Assembly: GCA_951406725.2 (NCBI GenBank)
Contig: OX597820.1
Location: 19,344,001 to 19,408,000 of the forward strand
Reading direction: 5' to 3'
DNA: 64,000 nt
Source: Octopus vulgaris
Taxonomy: Eukaryota
Shown here: positions 24,677 to 36,822 of the stretch, one piece after another
Layout: every line of letters begins with the position of its first letter
Position numbering within the stretch: the first letter of the stretch is position 1
Translations under genes and position numbers: made by a program
Notes under the pieces: model-generated
Seen by the model: the letters and a program-made list of their open reading frames with translations, nothing else
Database searches by the model: none
What the model was told of the DNA's origin: nothing

Positions 24677-25390
24677 TGGAGGTGTGTAGCCAAGTGGTTA
24701 GAGCATTGGATTTATGATCATAAAGGTTGTGGTTTCAATTCCTGGATCAGGTGATAGTAAGGAGGTGCATGCTTTAGCTGTGAGGGTGTTGGACTCATGA
24801 TCGTAAGATTGTGGTTTCAATTCCTGGATCAGGTGATAGTGGGGAATTGCATGCTTTAGCTGTTAGGGTGTTGGACTCATGATTGTAAGTTTGTGGTTTC
24901 AATTCCTGGATCAGGTGATAGTGGGGAATTGCATGCTTTAGCTGTTAGGGTGTTGGACTCATGATTGTAAGTTTGTGGTTTCAATTCCTGGATCAGGTGA
25001 TAGTGGGGAATTGCATGCTTTAGCTGTTAGAGTGTTGGACTCATGATCGTAAGATTGTGGTTTCAATTCCTGGATCAGGTGATAGTGAGGAGGTGCATTC
25101 TTTAGCTGTTAAGGTGTTGGACTCATGATTGTAAGATTGTGGTTTCAATTCCTGGATCAGGTGATAGTGAGGAATTGCATGCTTTAGCTGTTAGGGCGTT
25201 GGACTCATGTTTGTAAGATTGTGGTTTCAATTCCTGGACTTGATGACACGTAGTGTTCTTGAGCAAAACACTTTTCATGTTAAGTGATCCCACAATGGTC
25301 CAGTTTCCTGTCTGGGGAGTAAATATTCATACACCATGGAAACTGAGAAACTGGCCCTTATAGGTCCATAAGGCTTGAGAAGTAGACTTT
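24677..25390 (+). repeat. Tandem array of seven ~82-bp SINE tRNA heads followed by one family D body
   Basis: Unit starts at ~24677, 24759, 24841, 24923, 25005, 25087, 25169; the last unit continues into gtgttcttgagcaaaacac. Confidence 0.88.
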
Positions 25391-26127
25391 ATTGTAATAG
25401 GTGCAGGCATGGTTGTGTGTGCGCATTCATATGCTTTATGAGATTTGTAGACCACAATTACTTCATTACGTAAAGAGGAGTCAGAGTCAGAGGTGTCAAT
25501 AGTAGAGGAGTCAGAGTCGGAGTCAAAGTTTTTTGTTTCAACATCACATCCCTGCTTCTATTTCCACCTTTTGTTTTTCTTCTGTCTGTGCCCACTTTGA
25601 CAGCCCCCTTTTGTTCAGTTACTTTCTTCAGATCCTTTACCTGTTACGTAGCCCCCTGACTTTTCATCACCGTTATCACTTTACTTTCACTTTTACTATC
25701 ATATTTAAAAACAAAATATTTTTCAGTTTTTTTAATTCTTTTTCCTCGCTATTTATATTGTTTTTCATTAGTGTGTCTTCTTACCTCCCCTTTCACTTTG
25801 CCCTACACTTCTCACATGCAGTATGACCACACCATCCTCCTACACCCCTAAATCCCTTACCACTACACTCCCACACTTGCCCACCTGCACACACACACAC
25901 ACACACACCAAGAAAATACACCCCTCCCTCTACATGCATCATACATACATTCTCCCTATACCCTTCTCTGAATGCGAATACCCTCCTATACAAGCACACA
26001 CCATCCTGCCTCCTCTTCCCTTCATACACCCCCATCCCCAAACACAGACCTGCATTATTATTACCTGGCTTCTAACTTTTTTCTTCATATTTATTTTTAC
26101 TTTCTTCCCCACCAAATTTCCTCTTTT

Positions 26128-26168
26128 TTTTTTCTGATGAAGGACTAGCGCCCGAAACGTCAACACTT
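26128..26168 (+). ncRNA. Minimal Penelope-type hammerhead motif
   Basis: CTGATGA 26134-26140, a ggac-tagc-gccc (one mismatch), GAAA 26154-26157, palindromic ACGT then C; helix I weak. Confidence 0.5.
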
Positions 26169-26242
26169 TCTTTTTTTCTATTTTAAATGTTAAAATGTTA
26201 GACTACTTCAACATTTGTTAAAGCTAGTCATCTTTGTTTTTT

Positions 26243-26280
<38 letters not shown>

Positions 26281-27000
26281 TCTGCAAAGGTATTGTGCAC
26301 TTCAAACAGAAGAAATTGCATTCTAAATTTGGATAACATTAGTAGAAATACGATTGCATAATACAGTATGATACTTTGTAAATTGGGTTATCATGATATT
26401 CCAGTAGCCTGTGCATTCATGACATAACTGGTTGCTATGCATGTGCACACCACGTATACATGCACATATATACATGCGCATGCATGCACAAACATGCACT
26501 GCACACGCACAGAAATAAAATTTCCCTGTCATAATACTAATATTATGTAATCTTTACCATTCCGTCTAATTCTTTCTCTTTTTCAAAGCTGACAATTTTC
26601 TCTTTCATCTAATTAGTGTTAAATCTACACACATACATTTACCAGCCTCCCACATATATGTCCATGCATGTATCTGCGTGTGTATATGTGTGTACACGTA
26701 GAGAAAGAGAGAGAGAGAGAGCGAGAGAGAGATGGGGGGAAAGCAGAGATAGATATAATTTGCGACGTTTAATTTTTGTCTCGGTAAAGTATATCGCTGT
26801 GATCGTTTTTTGATTACTCCATAATTTCAGCTTAATTGAAAACTGATAAAGAAAACTCTGAGAGCGTACGTGTGTGCATGTGCATGTGTGTTTGTGTGCA
26901 TTGCATTGCGTATGCATATGTGGTGTGTGTGCTGCGTGTGTTTTACATAACACTAGAATTGTTCCAGCAAACACTAATGAAGTGTCTTTTTAACATCTTG

Positions 27001-27054
<54 letters not shown>

Positions 27055-27754
27055 TGATAATAATAATAATAATGATAACGATAATAATGATAATAATCGT
27101 ATAAAAATGCATTCACAGGCGCTTCCTAGCAGCACACAACACACGCATTATATATACACACATGCATTATATACACACACATACACACTCTCTCTCTCTC
27201 TCTCTCTCCCTCTCTTCCCTCCTCTCTCTCCCCTCAATTTGACTTAATGCTGATATCACAATAGAACTGGCACTCTGAAGGCCTTCTTGAATGTTCTCGC
27301 ATTACACTTTCTTTTTTTGTATTTTATTGTAATTTATTTTATTACATTTTGTTTGTTTATTTGTGTGTGTATGTGTGTGTATATATATATATTATGTATT
27401 TGTTTTGCTTTGTTCTTGCTTTTGTATTTTGTTGGTTTTTTTGGGGTTTTTTCCGCTATGACAGAGAAACCTCTGAAGAGAATTGCAATTTGGCAAGTAG
27501 AAGTAAAAATTAGATTTCAATAGAATTATTTTTGAGTTGTGTTCTGTGTGTGCAAAAGAGGAAGAAAGATCCCAGTTGAAAGCCCCAAAAATGTAATCCA
27601 AAGAACATCATCTTTTATATTAGATATTTACTGTAATTAAATCACTGTGTGTGTGTGTGTGTGTTCCTGTATGTGTATCTGTGTGTACGAGAGAGAATGC
27701 ATGTGTATGTGTATTGTGTACTTCTCCGTTTGTGTGGTTGTGTTTCTGTCTTTG

Positions 27755-27768
27755 GTTTCTATGGTAAC
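27755..27768. promoter_or_regulatory. Candidate RFX X-box
   Basis: GTTTCTATGGTAAC, close to the canonical X-box, in unique sequence. Confidence 0.4.
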
Positions 27769-27982
27769 ATCTTTGGATTTTTAGCTGTGTTATAGTGTTA
27801 TTCAGTTTTATCCATTTATGATAACTCTTTTATTTTGTTCCGATTTCTTTCTTTCATTTACTCTTTTGTGACTGTGTTCCTCAGTATCAGTGTCAGGGGG
27901 AGAGGGGAAAAAAAAAGCCCAGAACCTCCACCACCATCACCACCACCACCACTTTCTTCTATATTCATATTTTCCATCAAAT

Positions 27983-28023
<41 letters not shown>

Positions 28024-28033
28024 TTATTTTTGT

Positions 28034-28318
28034 TATTACCTCCACCTTAGCGAAAATGGAGGTATTGTTTTTGGTCGTGTTTGTTTGTTTGTTTGTCTGT
28101 CTGTGGACAAGATATCTCAAGAACCGCTGGATGGATACAGATGAAATTTTCAGCAATGTTTGGCCTTGTGGCATCAATCCTCTACCGGACAAGGATTCTG
28201 GATTATCATTACTGATTTTTTTTACTTAATTTTTGAGAGTGGTCGGGTTCATTTTTAGTATTCTCATTTATAAGAGCAGTCGGGTTTATTTCAGATATTC
28301 TCATTTTAAAAATCATCA
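28034..28318 (+). mobile_element. Helentron-type element, 3'-truncated second copy
   Basis: Aligns with 23179-23480 (ttattacctccacc...ggacaagatatctcaagaacc...tttcagatattctcatttt). Confidence 0.7.
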
Positions 28319-28879
28319 AAATAAAATAGAGTAATGAAAGGGTTATACATCATCATCATCATCATCATTTAGCGTCCGTTTTCCATGCTAGCATGGGTTG
28401 GACGGTTCAACTGGGGTCTGGGGAGCCCGAAGGCTGCACCAGGCCAGTCAGATCTGGCAGTGTTTCTACAGCTGGATGCCCTTCCTAACGCCAAAAAATA
28501 TTTTTTCATTCTCCAAGAAAGTGAGCTGGTAGGATTGTTAACCAATCTGACAAAAATGTTTAGTACTATTCCAATCCGTCTTTACTCTCTGGAGTTCATA
28601 TCTCCCCAAGATCTTTGGTTTCCATCCTTTTGAGATTGATGAAACAAGTTTGACTTTGCCTTTCATTGAAAACTTTTATGAAAGGCAACTTTGATGGAAC
28701 CTGAATTTACATTGTCAAGACCAGAGAAGTGTCACTAAGCTTATTTTGAGTGACATAGCAATGATTCTACCAGCTCACCATCTTGGACAATATTTTGATA
28801 ATTCTTTCTGTGACAAGCACAAGGGCTGAAACTTTATGGGAAGGAGTTAGTCAATTACATCAATACCAGGGCTCAACTA

Positions 28880-29055
28880 GTACTCAGGTCTGCAGGTGGT
28901 CAGTCTGTGCAGATGGAACTGCGAATGGCTCGCTATCTCTAGTGACCTCGCACAGGACCGTCGAGCGTGGGCCTCCATGGTTCGTGATGCCGTTAGGAAC
29001 AGAGAAGAAGCCGGTTCAACCCGCCCTGGGTGAATGCCGTCACAAGTACAAGTAC
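28880..29055 (+). mobile_element. RTE-type LINE 3' end
   Basis: Encodes RWNCEWLAISSDLAQDRRAWASMVRDAVRNREEAGSTRPG*; (caagta)n tail. Confidence 0.7.
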
Positions 29056-29487
29056 TTTGCCTTTCATCCTATCAGGGTCAATGAAATAGGTACCAGTTGA
29101 GTAGTGGGGTCAATGTAATTGGCTAGCACTCTCAACCAAAATTTCAGGTTTTGAGACTATATTAGAGAGGATTTTTGTGCCATGCGAAAAGTACCTGTGC
29201 CAATGTAATGCATAAAGTACCCCTGCTGGTGCCACATGTAAATAATCGGTACAGGTTCCACACAAAGTGCACCCAGTACACTTTGTAAACTGACTGGCAT
29301 TAGGAAGAACATCAAGTGGTAGAAACCATACCAAAACAGACAATAGCAGTGCCCCAGCATGGCCACAGCTCGTGAGCTGAAACTAGATAAAATATAAATA
29401 TATATATATAATATAATTGGAGCCTGGTGCAGCTCTCCGGGTTGCCAGCTCCTGTTAAACCAGCCAACCCATGCCAGTATTGAAAAC

Positions 29488-29881
29488 TGGCATCCCCTCC
29501 TCACCGTGGTGGGGACGCTGGTAACGGGTAGTGTCAGAGCTATGCCGTCGGGAACTTCAGTTCCTGGTAGGGCCACCCAAGGCGGATTGGTCTGACACCA
29601 AGTGGTATTAGGACCACAACCCGGCAGATGGGGCTCTGGTGAAAATACTCGGAGTGTCTGTTTCGGAAACCGGCGGCTCCTCGGTCGTTTTGTCCCTGCG
29701 TCTGTGGACAATCTGCGGCAAACAGGATGTCTCTACATGCGGGATTGTTGGGGACCGCTTGTGAAATTCATATTCCCACAAAACTTCTTCCACTGCCATG
29801 GTTCGAGATGCCTCGAGGGTGGTGGAAGAAGCCGACTCAACCCGCCCAGGGTGAATGTCACCACAAGCAAGCAAGTATGTA
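29488..29881 (+). mobile_element. Non-autonomous bipartite RTE-derived element (5'UTR + 3' tail) with 12-bp TSD
   Basis: agtattgaaaac at 29476 and 29882; 3' part homologous to ~28975-29050; 5' part resembles RTE 5'UTRs (gtggtgggg..agagctatgccg..ggtagggccaccca). Confidence 0.7.
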
Positions 29882-30017
29882 AGTATTGAAAACGGATATA
29901 AAACAATGATAATGGATAATAATGATGGTGGTGGCAGCGATGAGGATATACATTGTATCCTAGTATTTCTTGGTAACTGATGGGTTTGGCAAGTAAGTAC
30001 TTGTTATTGGTCTTTTT

Positions 30018-30424
30018 TCCTTTTGCTTTTTTATTTGTGTCAGTCATTTGACTGCGGCCATGCTGGAGCACCGCCTTTAGTCGAGCAAATCGACCCCTGG
30101 ACTTATTCTTTTTGTAAGCCTAGTACTCATTCTATCGGTCTCTCTTGCCGAACCGCTAAGTGACGGGGACGTAAATACACCACCATCAGTTGTCAAGCGA
30201 AGTTGGGGGGACAAACACAGTCGCATAAACACACACATATATATATACATATACATATACACAACGGGCTTCTTTCAGTTTCCGTCTACCAAATCCACTC
30301 ACAAGGCTTTGGTCGGCCCGAGGCTATAATAGAAGACACTTGCCCAAGGTGCTACGCAGTGGGACTGAACCCGGAACCATGTGGTTGGTAAGCAAGCTAC
30401 TTACCACACAGCCACTCCTGCGCC
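30018..30424 (-). mobile_element. Family A SINE, full length, young (CpGs intact)
   Basis: Near-consensus across the full length. Confidence 0.9.
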
Positions 30425-32034
30425 TGTTTAATTTGGCAGCCGATTTTAGAGGGCTGGTGTAAATTTGGAAAAAGGTGGGTAATATTTGGAGAAGGTTTGG
30501 AGGAGATAACTGACATTATCTACATTTAGGGGTTACGTGTATGGTTTCTAGGGGCAGATAAAGGTTAAAAAGAGCAAGAGAGGAAATGGATATTTTATAG
30601 TTCTCAGTTCGTAAAATTACCAATTCCAGATATTTTCTTGTTGTAAGTACATTCCTTGTAATCCATTCTCTTTACAAATTTGGTCATATGCCAAAGAATG
30701 AAGCCCTAACTGTTAAAGGTGGTCATCATGGTACAACTGTGGGTCTTCTAATCTAGGGGGTTTGTCGGTGAGTTGGAATTTCATTATCTCATGCTGCTGA
30801 TTACTCTTCGACGAAATTAATGAATATCACAACTTCTCGTTACTTTTCAAGTATATTTAAGGTTTCAAAACGTGTGAGAAATTATTTATGTATATGTTTT
30901 TGCACCTAAATTGACTTAGAAATATATATAGTTGGTTCCTTTTGGGATGGCTCCAAGCATTCCCGAACCCCTCCCTCCCTCCCTCTCTCTCTCTCTCTCT
31001 TCCTCTCTTGTTCTTTCCTTTCAAAGTGAACTGCACTTCATAAATTGTAACCGGAGTTTTGCCAAGAATATCATCATCAGATGCCTGGAACCGTTCAACT
31101 AATTCTTCTTACATCAATGCCCCCTCCCCACCTTGCCGCCCACTCCAAAACAAAAAAAAAAATTTCATCTTCCTCTTCGCTAATTTCCTCATCTTTGCCT
31201 AAAATTTTCCTTTAGAGAAATTACAATTTAGTCCATTCTCTACTTAGTACAGTCTTTGATTTCCCCTCCAAATACAATAAATGAAGATTATATATACATA
31301 TATATATGTATGTATATATGTGTGTATATATATATATATATATCAGTGTGTGTGTGTGTAAATTTCACATATAAATACTCTTTGTTAATAGTATGGATTA
31401 CTATATTTTCTTACTCAAGCTATAAACATCAGCTTATCATCATCATCATTGTCATCGTCGTCGTCATCGCCATCGTCATCGTTTAACATCCACTTTTTCA
31501 TACCTGCATGTGTCGGGCAGAATTTGTTTAGGCAGGTTGCCCAAGGTGCCACGCTGTGGGACTAAACCCGAAACCACATGTTTGCAAGCAAAGCGAGCTT
31601 CCTTCTTTTTTTTTTTTTTTTTTTACTTTTCCTTTCTTTTTTTTTCATTATTTATTTATTTTTAGCAAAATCTTATTTCTCAACATAGAAGAGCCATTCG
31701 TGCTGTTAGTAAGATTTTAAAAGAATTAGGAAAAGTCTAGTATTTAATGAAACATTTGCTAATGTTGTATATATTAAAGCATTGCAGCATAATTTCGGAC
31801 CTTTTTATGATCCTCATCAGTTTATATTTTAGATGTTAAACAATAATGGTGATGCGCAGGCCTGGCTGGTTGAGAAGCTCGCTTCCTCACCTTGTGGTCT
31901 TGGGTTCAGTCCTACTGCATGACACCTTGGCCAAGTGTCTTCCATCATAGCCCTAGGCTGAACAAAGTAAGTGGATTTGGTAGGTAGAAACTGAAAGAAA
32001 CCTGTTGTGTATGTATACACACACACACATATAT

Positions 32035-32358
32035 TGTGCCGGTGGCACGTAAAAAGTACCATTTGCACGTGATCGTTACCAGCGTCACATTACTGGCACT
32101 TGTGCAGGTGACACGTAAAAAAAAACACACTTTTTTTGTAGCCGTTGCTAGCACCGCCTGACTGGCCCTCATGCCGGTGGCACGTAAAAGCACTCACTAC
32201 ACTCTCAGAGTGGTTGGCGTTAGGAAGGGCATCCAGCTGTAGAAACTCTACCAGATCGAGGTTGGAGCCTGGTGCAGCCATCTGGTTCGCCAGCCCTCAG
32301 TCAAATCGTCCAACCCATGCTAGCATGGAAAGTGGACGTTAAATGATGATGATGATGA
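32035..32358 (+). mobile_element. Family E RTE-tailed retroposon
   Basis: gtgccggtggcacgtaaaaag repeats, aggaagggcatccagctgtagaaac, (gat)n tail. Confidence 0.75.
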
Positions 32359-32522
32359 TTTTACTTAACTTCCATTTTTCCATGATATCTTTACTTGCAA
32401 GTGTATATATGCAATGTAACAACCTTCTTTAATATGTTCATAATAACATAATCTGTATATGTGTGTACGTGTGTGTGTATATATATATGTGTATATATAT
32501 ATATATACATATATGCATATAC

Positions 32523-32590
<68 letters not shown>

Positions 32591-32630
32591 GTATATACAC
32601 ATACATATATATATATATATGTATGTATAT

Positions 32631-32671
<41 letters not shown>

Positions 32672-32841
32672 CATACATGTGTGTGTGCATGGATGTATAT
32701 GCATGAAGTGTGGGCAGTGTACATGACTTTAATTTTAATGTTTTTTTCATTTTCGTCAGGATCTTATAATGTGTGTGGATGGGTGGATGTGGATGCGTGT
32801 GTATGTATGCACATAGTGGTGGTGGCAGTGATGGGGGATGG

Positions 32842-33128
32842 GGGTCACGGTTCATACAGGGTTCAATGAGTTAAATCAATCTTCAAAAGATCCTTCAGCT
32901 GGTTCAGCAAGACTGGCTTAATATGTCATACCTGATGCGATATTTATTCCGACAAGATCTAAGCGATTCGCTAGAATTATGTTTCTCACACATCAACTTG
33001 CCGAAGCATATTCATCAGGTTTTAAAACCATTAGCTTTGATCACAGAATGGATTTGATTTTTGTTGCTCGCAAAAGATCAATAAGTCATCTTTGAACGTT
33101 GCAATAGAACCTGACCTTAGAAGGGTCA
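32842..33128. promoter_or_regulatory. Candidate enhancer with clustered nuclear-receptor half-sites and TCF-like sites
   Basis: GGGTCA-1-GGTTCA-5-GGTTCA (32842-32865), TGACCT-5-GGGTCA (33112-33128), CTTTGAT/CTTTGAA. Confidence 0.3.
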
Positions 33129-33510
33129 CAAATGAAATAAAGCTGACAATTTATTATGTATTAGAATAGGATTACCATAATTAAAATGAGACCCAGCTGA
33201 AATAGTAATTTTCCATATTTTGGCGCTCCCTCTCTCTTATACTGTCTTCTTTCCAAAGATTTCCAAATTTTAATACTGTATTCTTCCATGTTTCTCCCCT
33301 TTCTTTGGTTTATACATATATATATATATATATATATATATGCGCACCACCCTTCATTACCATTTACCTCTAAGCTGCATTATTTATCCAGCGCCATGGA
33401 TATGATCTAAAAATCACTGATGGTTAGGTGCCGGCGCTGGTGGTGAAACTGATATACCATTATTTTCTTCTGTTCAAATTGGATTTCCCAGTTGGTACTG
33501 TAAAAAGAAA

Positions 33511-33959
33511 GGGTCATCCCATAAATAATGTGGTATCTTTGAGTTGCATGAAATAAAAGTTAGCGGGGGACGGGATAAAATACCTGTATCAACTTACTAT
33601 AAAAGCAGGTAGTAATTTTACCTTGTACTTATTCTTAGTGCAAGATTTGAAGAGTGCAGTTCAATTTTAATAGTTATTTTTTAGAAGCTATAATGGGAGT
33701 GACAAAGGAGCATATTTGGCATATTTTGCTTTAAGAGTTCAATAAAGGTAACAATGCAACTGAAATCGTGAGGAATATTCATGCAGTATATAGGGATCGG
33801 ATGATAAGTGTAAGCCAGTGTTAAAGGCGGTTCCAGAAACTCCAAGCCGGAAACTACAGCCTTGAAGATGAGCCTCATCCTGAAAAATCTGTAGAGCTCA
33901 ACAAGGACATCCTGCTAACCCTGGCGGAACAAAATCCCACTGTAACTGTTGAGGAACTA
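33511..33959 (+). mobile_element. Mariner transposon 5' fragment with decayed transposase N-terminus
   Basis: TIR-like gggtcatcccataaataatg; ATG 33693 MGVTKEHIWHILL*EFNKGNNATEIVRNIHAVY..QC*RRFQKLQAGNYSLEDEPH..NPTVTVEEL, mariner HTH domain with two stops. Confidence 0.88.
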
Positions 33960-33965
33960 TATATA

Positions 33966-34040
33966 TACAGAGTGGGCCAAAGTCATGTTCAAAAAAAGTT
34001 CAATACACTTCAGAAGTGTCAAAGGCATGTTCAGCTTTTC
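33966..34040 (+). mobile_element. Tc1/mariner-type terminal fragment abutting the truncated mariner
   Basis: TA + cagagtgggccaaag, a Tc1-like TIR start. Confidence 0.4.
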
Positions 34041-34046
34041 TAAAAT

Positions 34047-34092
<46 letters not shown>

Positions 34093-34314
34093 TAATAATA
34101 ATCCTTTCTACAGGAAGCACAAGGCCTCATATTTGGGGGAAGGGATTAAGTCGATTACATTGACCTCAGTGTGTAACTGGTACTTATTTAATCGACCCTG
34201 AAAGGAGGCAAGGTCAGCCTCAGCGGTATTTGAACTCAGAATGTAAAGACAGACGAAATACCGCGAAGCATTTCACTCAGCATGCTAATGATTCTGCCAG
34301 CTTGTTGCCTTCAC

Positions 34315-34347
<33 letters not shown>

Positions 34348-34673
34348 TGTCATGTTTTGGAATGTGACTGTGTGTTTGTCTTTGTGTCTATCTTTTCCTT
34401 CTCCATCTTCCTCATCCTCACTGACAACCAGGATTGGTTTGTTTATGTCCCCTTAACTTAATGATTTGACAAAATGACTGATAAAAGTTGTGCCAGGAAG
34501 ACAAAAATAAACCTTAGCAGTGGGGGTTGATATTGCCTCAGCATGGCCCCACAGTCCTATGTCTGTAACAAATAAAAAAAATAGATCCTTTACACCATTT
34601 TCGTACCTAATCCCAATTCCTCTCCTTCTTAACAAAGAATATCTAATAAAAAAACATTTTGATGGTCTTTGCA

Positions 34674-34726
<53 letters not shown>

Positions 34727-35262
34727 GTATGTGTGTGTGTTTGTTGGCAGTGAGGTAGGGATTAATACATGTTAACATGTAGCAACTGTATATGCAGCTA
34801 GTTTAGTCAGAAGACGGTTCCAGGCACATGGAATTATTTGTCAATAAATTCTCCTAGCAACTTGTTTCCAGCTGAACTTCAAACTATTGACTGAAGTTGT
34901 TATAGCATTGTATGGAGAGGGGTTACAAAGGTGTGGTGGGGGGTGCAAAATAGTGTAGGGGTTGAGGAACAGCATAAGTAAGGGACCTTTTTGCCCTCTA
35001 GCATTCAGATTATTCTGTTGAATGCAATGCATACTCATTCATATTGATTTTAATTAATCATGCATTATCTCATAGTTTTGAGATTTCAATGATGTGATTG
35101 TTTTTGTTTTGAATAACATTGTTAGGTAGGCGTGAGAGGCCAGATATGAACATTAAACAGGTGGAAAATTTTTGACTGCCCCAGCATGGCCACAGCTCGT
35201 GAGCTGAAACTAGATGAAATGAAATGAAATGGATATAGCCAGTTTAAATTGTATGTGGTCAA

Positions 35263-35497
35263 TACCTATTTCTTTACTACCCTCAAGGGGCTAAACACAG
35301 AGGAGACAAACAAGGACAGACAGACGGATTAAGTCAATTATATCGACCCCAGTGCGTAACTGGTACTTAATTTATCGACCCCGAAAGGATGAAAGCAAAG
35401 TCAACCTCAGAGGAATTTGAACTCAAAACGTTACAGCAGATAAAATACTGCAAAGCATTTTGCCCGGCGTGCTAACGTTTCTGCCAGCTCGCTGCCT
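35263..35497 (-). mobile_element. Family B SINE, full length
   Basis: Matches 40625-40854 and 60568-60805. Confidence 0.85.
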
Positions 35498-35907
35498 TGT
35501 ATGTGGTCAATACCAGTGCACCCTGACTGGATCATGTGCCAGTGGTGCATAAAAATACCCACTATACTCTTGGAGTGGTTGGTGTTAGGAAGGGCATCCA
35601 GCTGTAGAAACCTTGCCAGATTGGAGCCTGGTGCAGCCCACTGGCTTGCAAGACCTTGGTCAAACCGTCCAACCCATGCCAGCATGGAAAGTGGATGTTA
35701 AGCGATGATGATGATATAGAAGCTTCTTTCAGTTTCTGTCTACCAAATCAACTCACAAGGCTTTGGCTGGCCTGAGTCTCTTGCAGAAGACACTTGCTCA
35801 TGGTAGTAAACTTTGTCCAAACCATGCGAACGTGGGAAAGTATATGTTAAAATCATGATGATAGTGATAATGGCAATGGCAACAATGACAATGTGCTGCT
35901 GCTATAC

Positions 35908-36320
35908 AGGCGGAGAGCTGGCAGAAGCATTAGCACGCCGGGCAAAATGCTTAGCGGTATTTCATCTGTTTTAATGTTCTGAGTTCAAATTCCACCAAGG
36001 TCGACTTTGTCTTTCAGCCTTTCGGGGTCGATTAAATAAGTATCAGTTACGCACTGGGGTCAATATAAATCGACTTAATCCATTTGTCTGTCCTTGTTTG
36101 TCCTCTCTCTCTGTGTTTAACCCCTTGTGGGTAGTAAAGAAATAGGTATTTCATCTGTCTTTACATTCTGAGTTCAAATTCCACCAAGGTCGACTTTGCC
36201 TTTCATCCTTTTGGAATTGATAAATTAAGTACCAGTTACGCACTGCGGTCGATGTAAGTGACTTAAACCCTTTGTCCTTGTTTGTCCCCTCTATGTTTAA
36301 CCACCTGTGGGCAATGAAGA
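35908..36320 (+). mobile_element. Family B SINE, dimeric
   Basis: Head plus duplicated core/tail. Confidence 0.82.
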
Positions 36321-36459
36321 TATATATACATTGTTGTTCACCTGCTAGACATTGCCATCAAATCTTCAACAAATTACACCCTAACATCTTTAACTCTTTG
36401 ACTGTGTAATTAAATATCATGGTCATTCCTGTAATGATGTTAATTTACTAAAAAAAAAT

Positions 36460-36822
36460 GAGTGGCTGTGTGGTAAGTAGTTTGCTTCCGAATCACATGG
36501 TTCCAGCTACTATATCCTTGGGCCGACCAAAGTCTTGTGAGTGGATTTGGTAGACGGAAACTGATTGAAACCCATCGTATATTTATATATATATATACAT
36601 ACGTATGTGTGTGTATATGTTTGTTTGTCTGTGTTTGTCCCCCCAGCATTGTTTGACAACCGATGCTGGTGTGTTTACGTCCCTGTAACTTAGCAGTTTG
36701 GCAAAAGAGATCATAGAATAAGTACTAGGCTTGCAAAGAATAAGTCCTGGGATTGATTTGTTTGACTAAAGGCAGTGCTCCTGCATGGCTGCAGTCAAAT
36801 GACTGAAACAAGTGAAAGAGTA
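36460..36822 (+). mobile_element. Family A SINE
   Basis: Head (small deletion), core and tail. Confidence 0.85.

Noticed and set aside
24677-25240. CRISPR-like regular array or true tRNA gene cluster
   Set aside because: No unique spacers, eukaryotic context, and units lack a pairing acceptor stem; they are SINE heads
29157-29889. 184-aa and 95-aa GC-rich ORFs
   Set aside because: They span junctions of nested retroelements; no recognisable domain
32965-33022. - strand CTGATGA...GAAAC with a C(UUCG)G loop
   Set aside because: No base pair closing helix II next to the core and no helix I/III; probably chance
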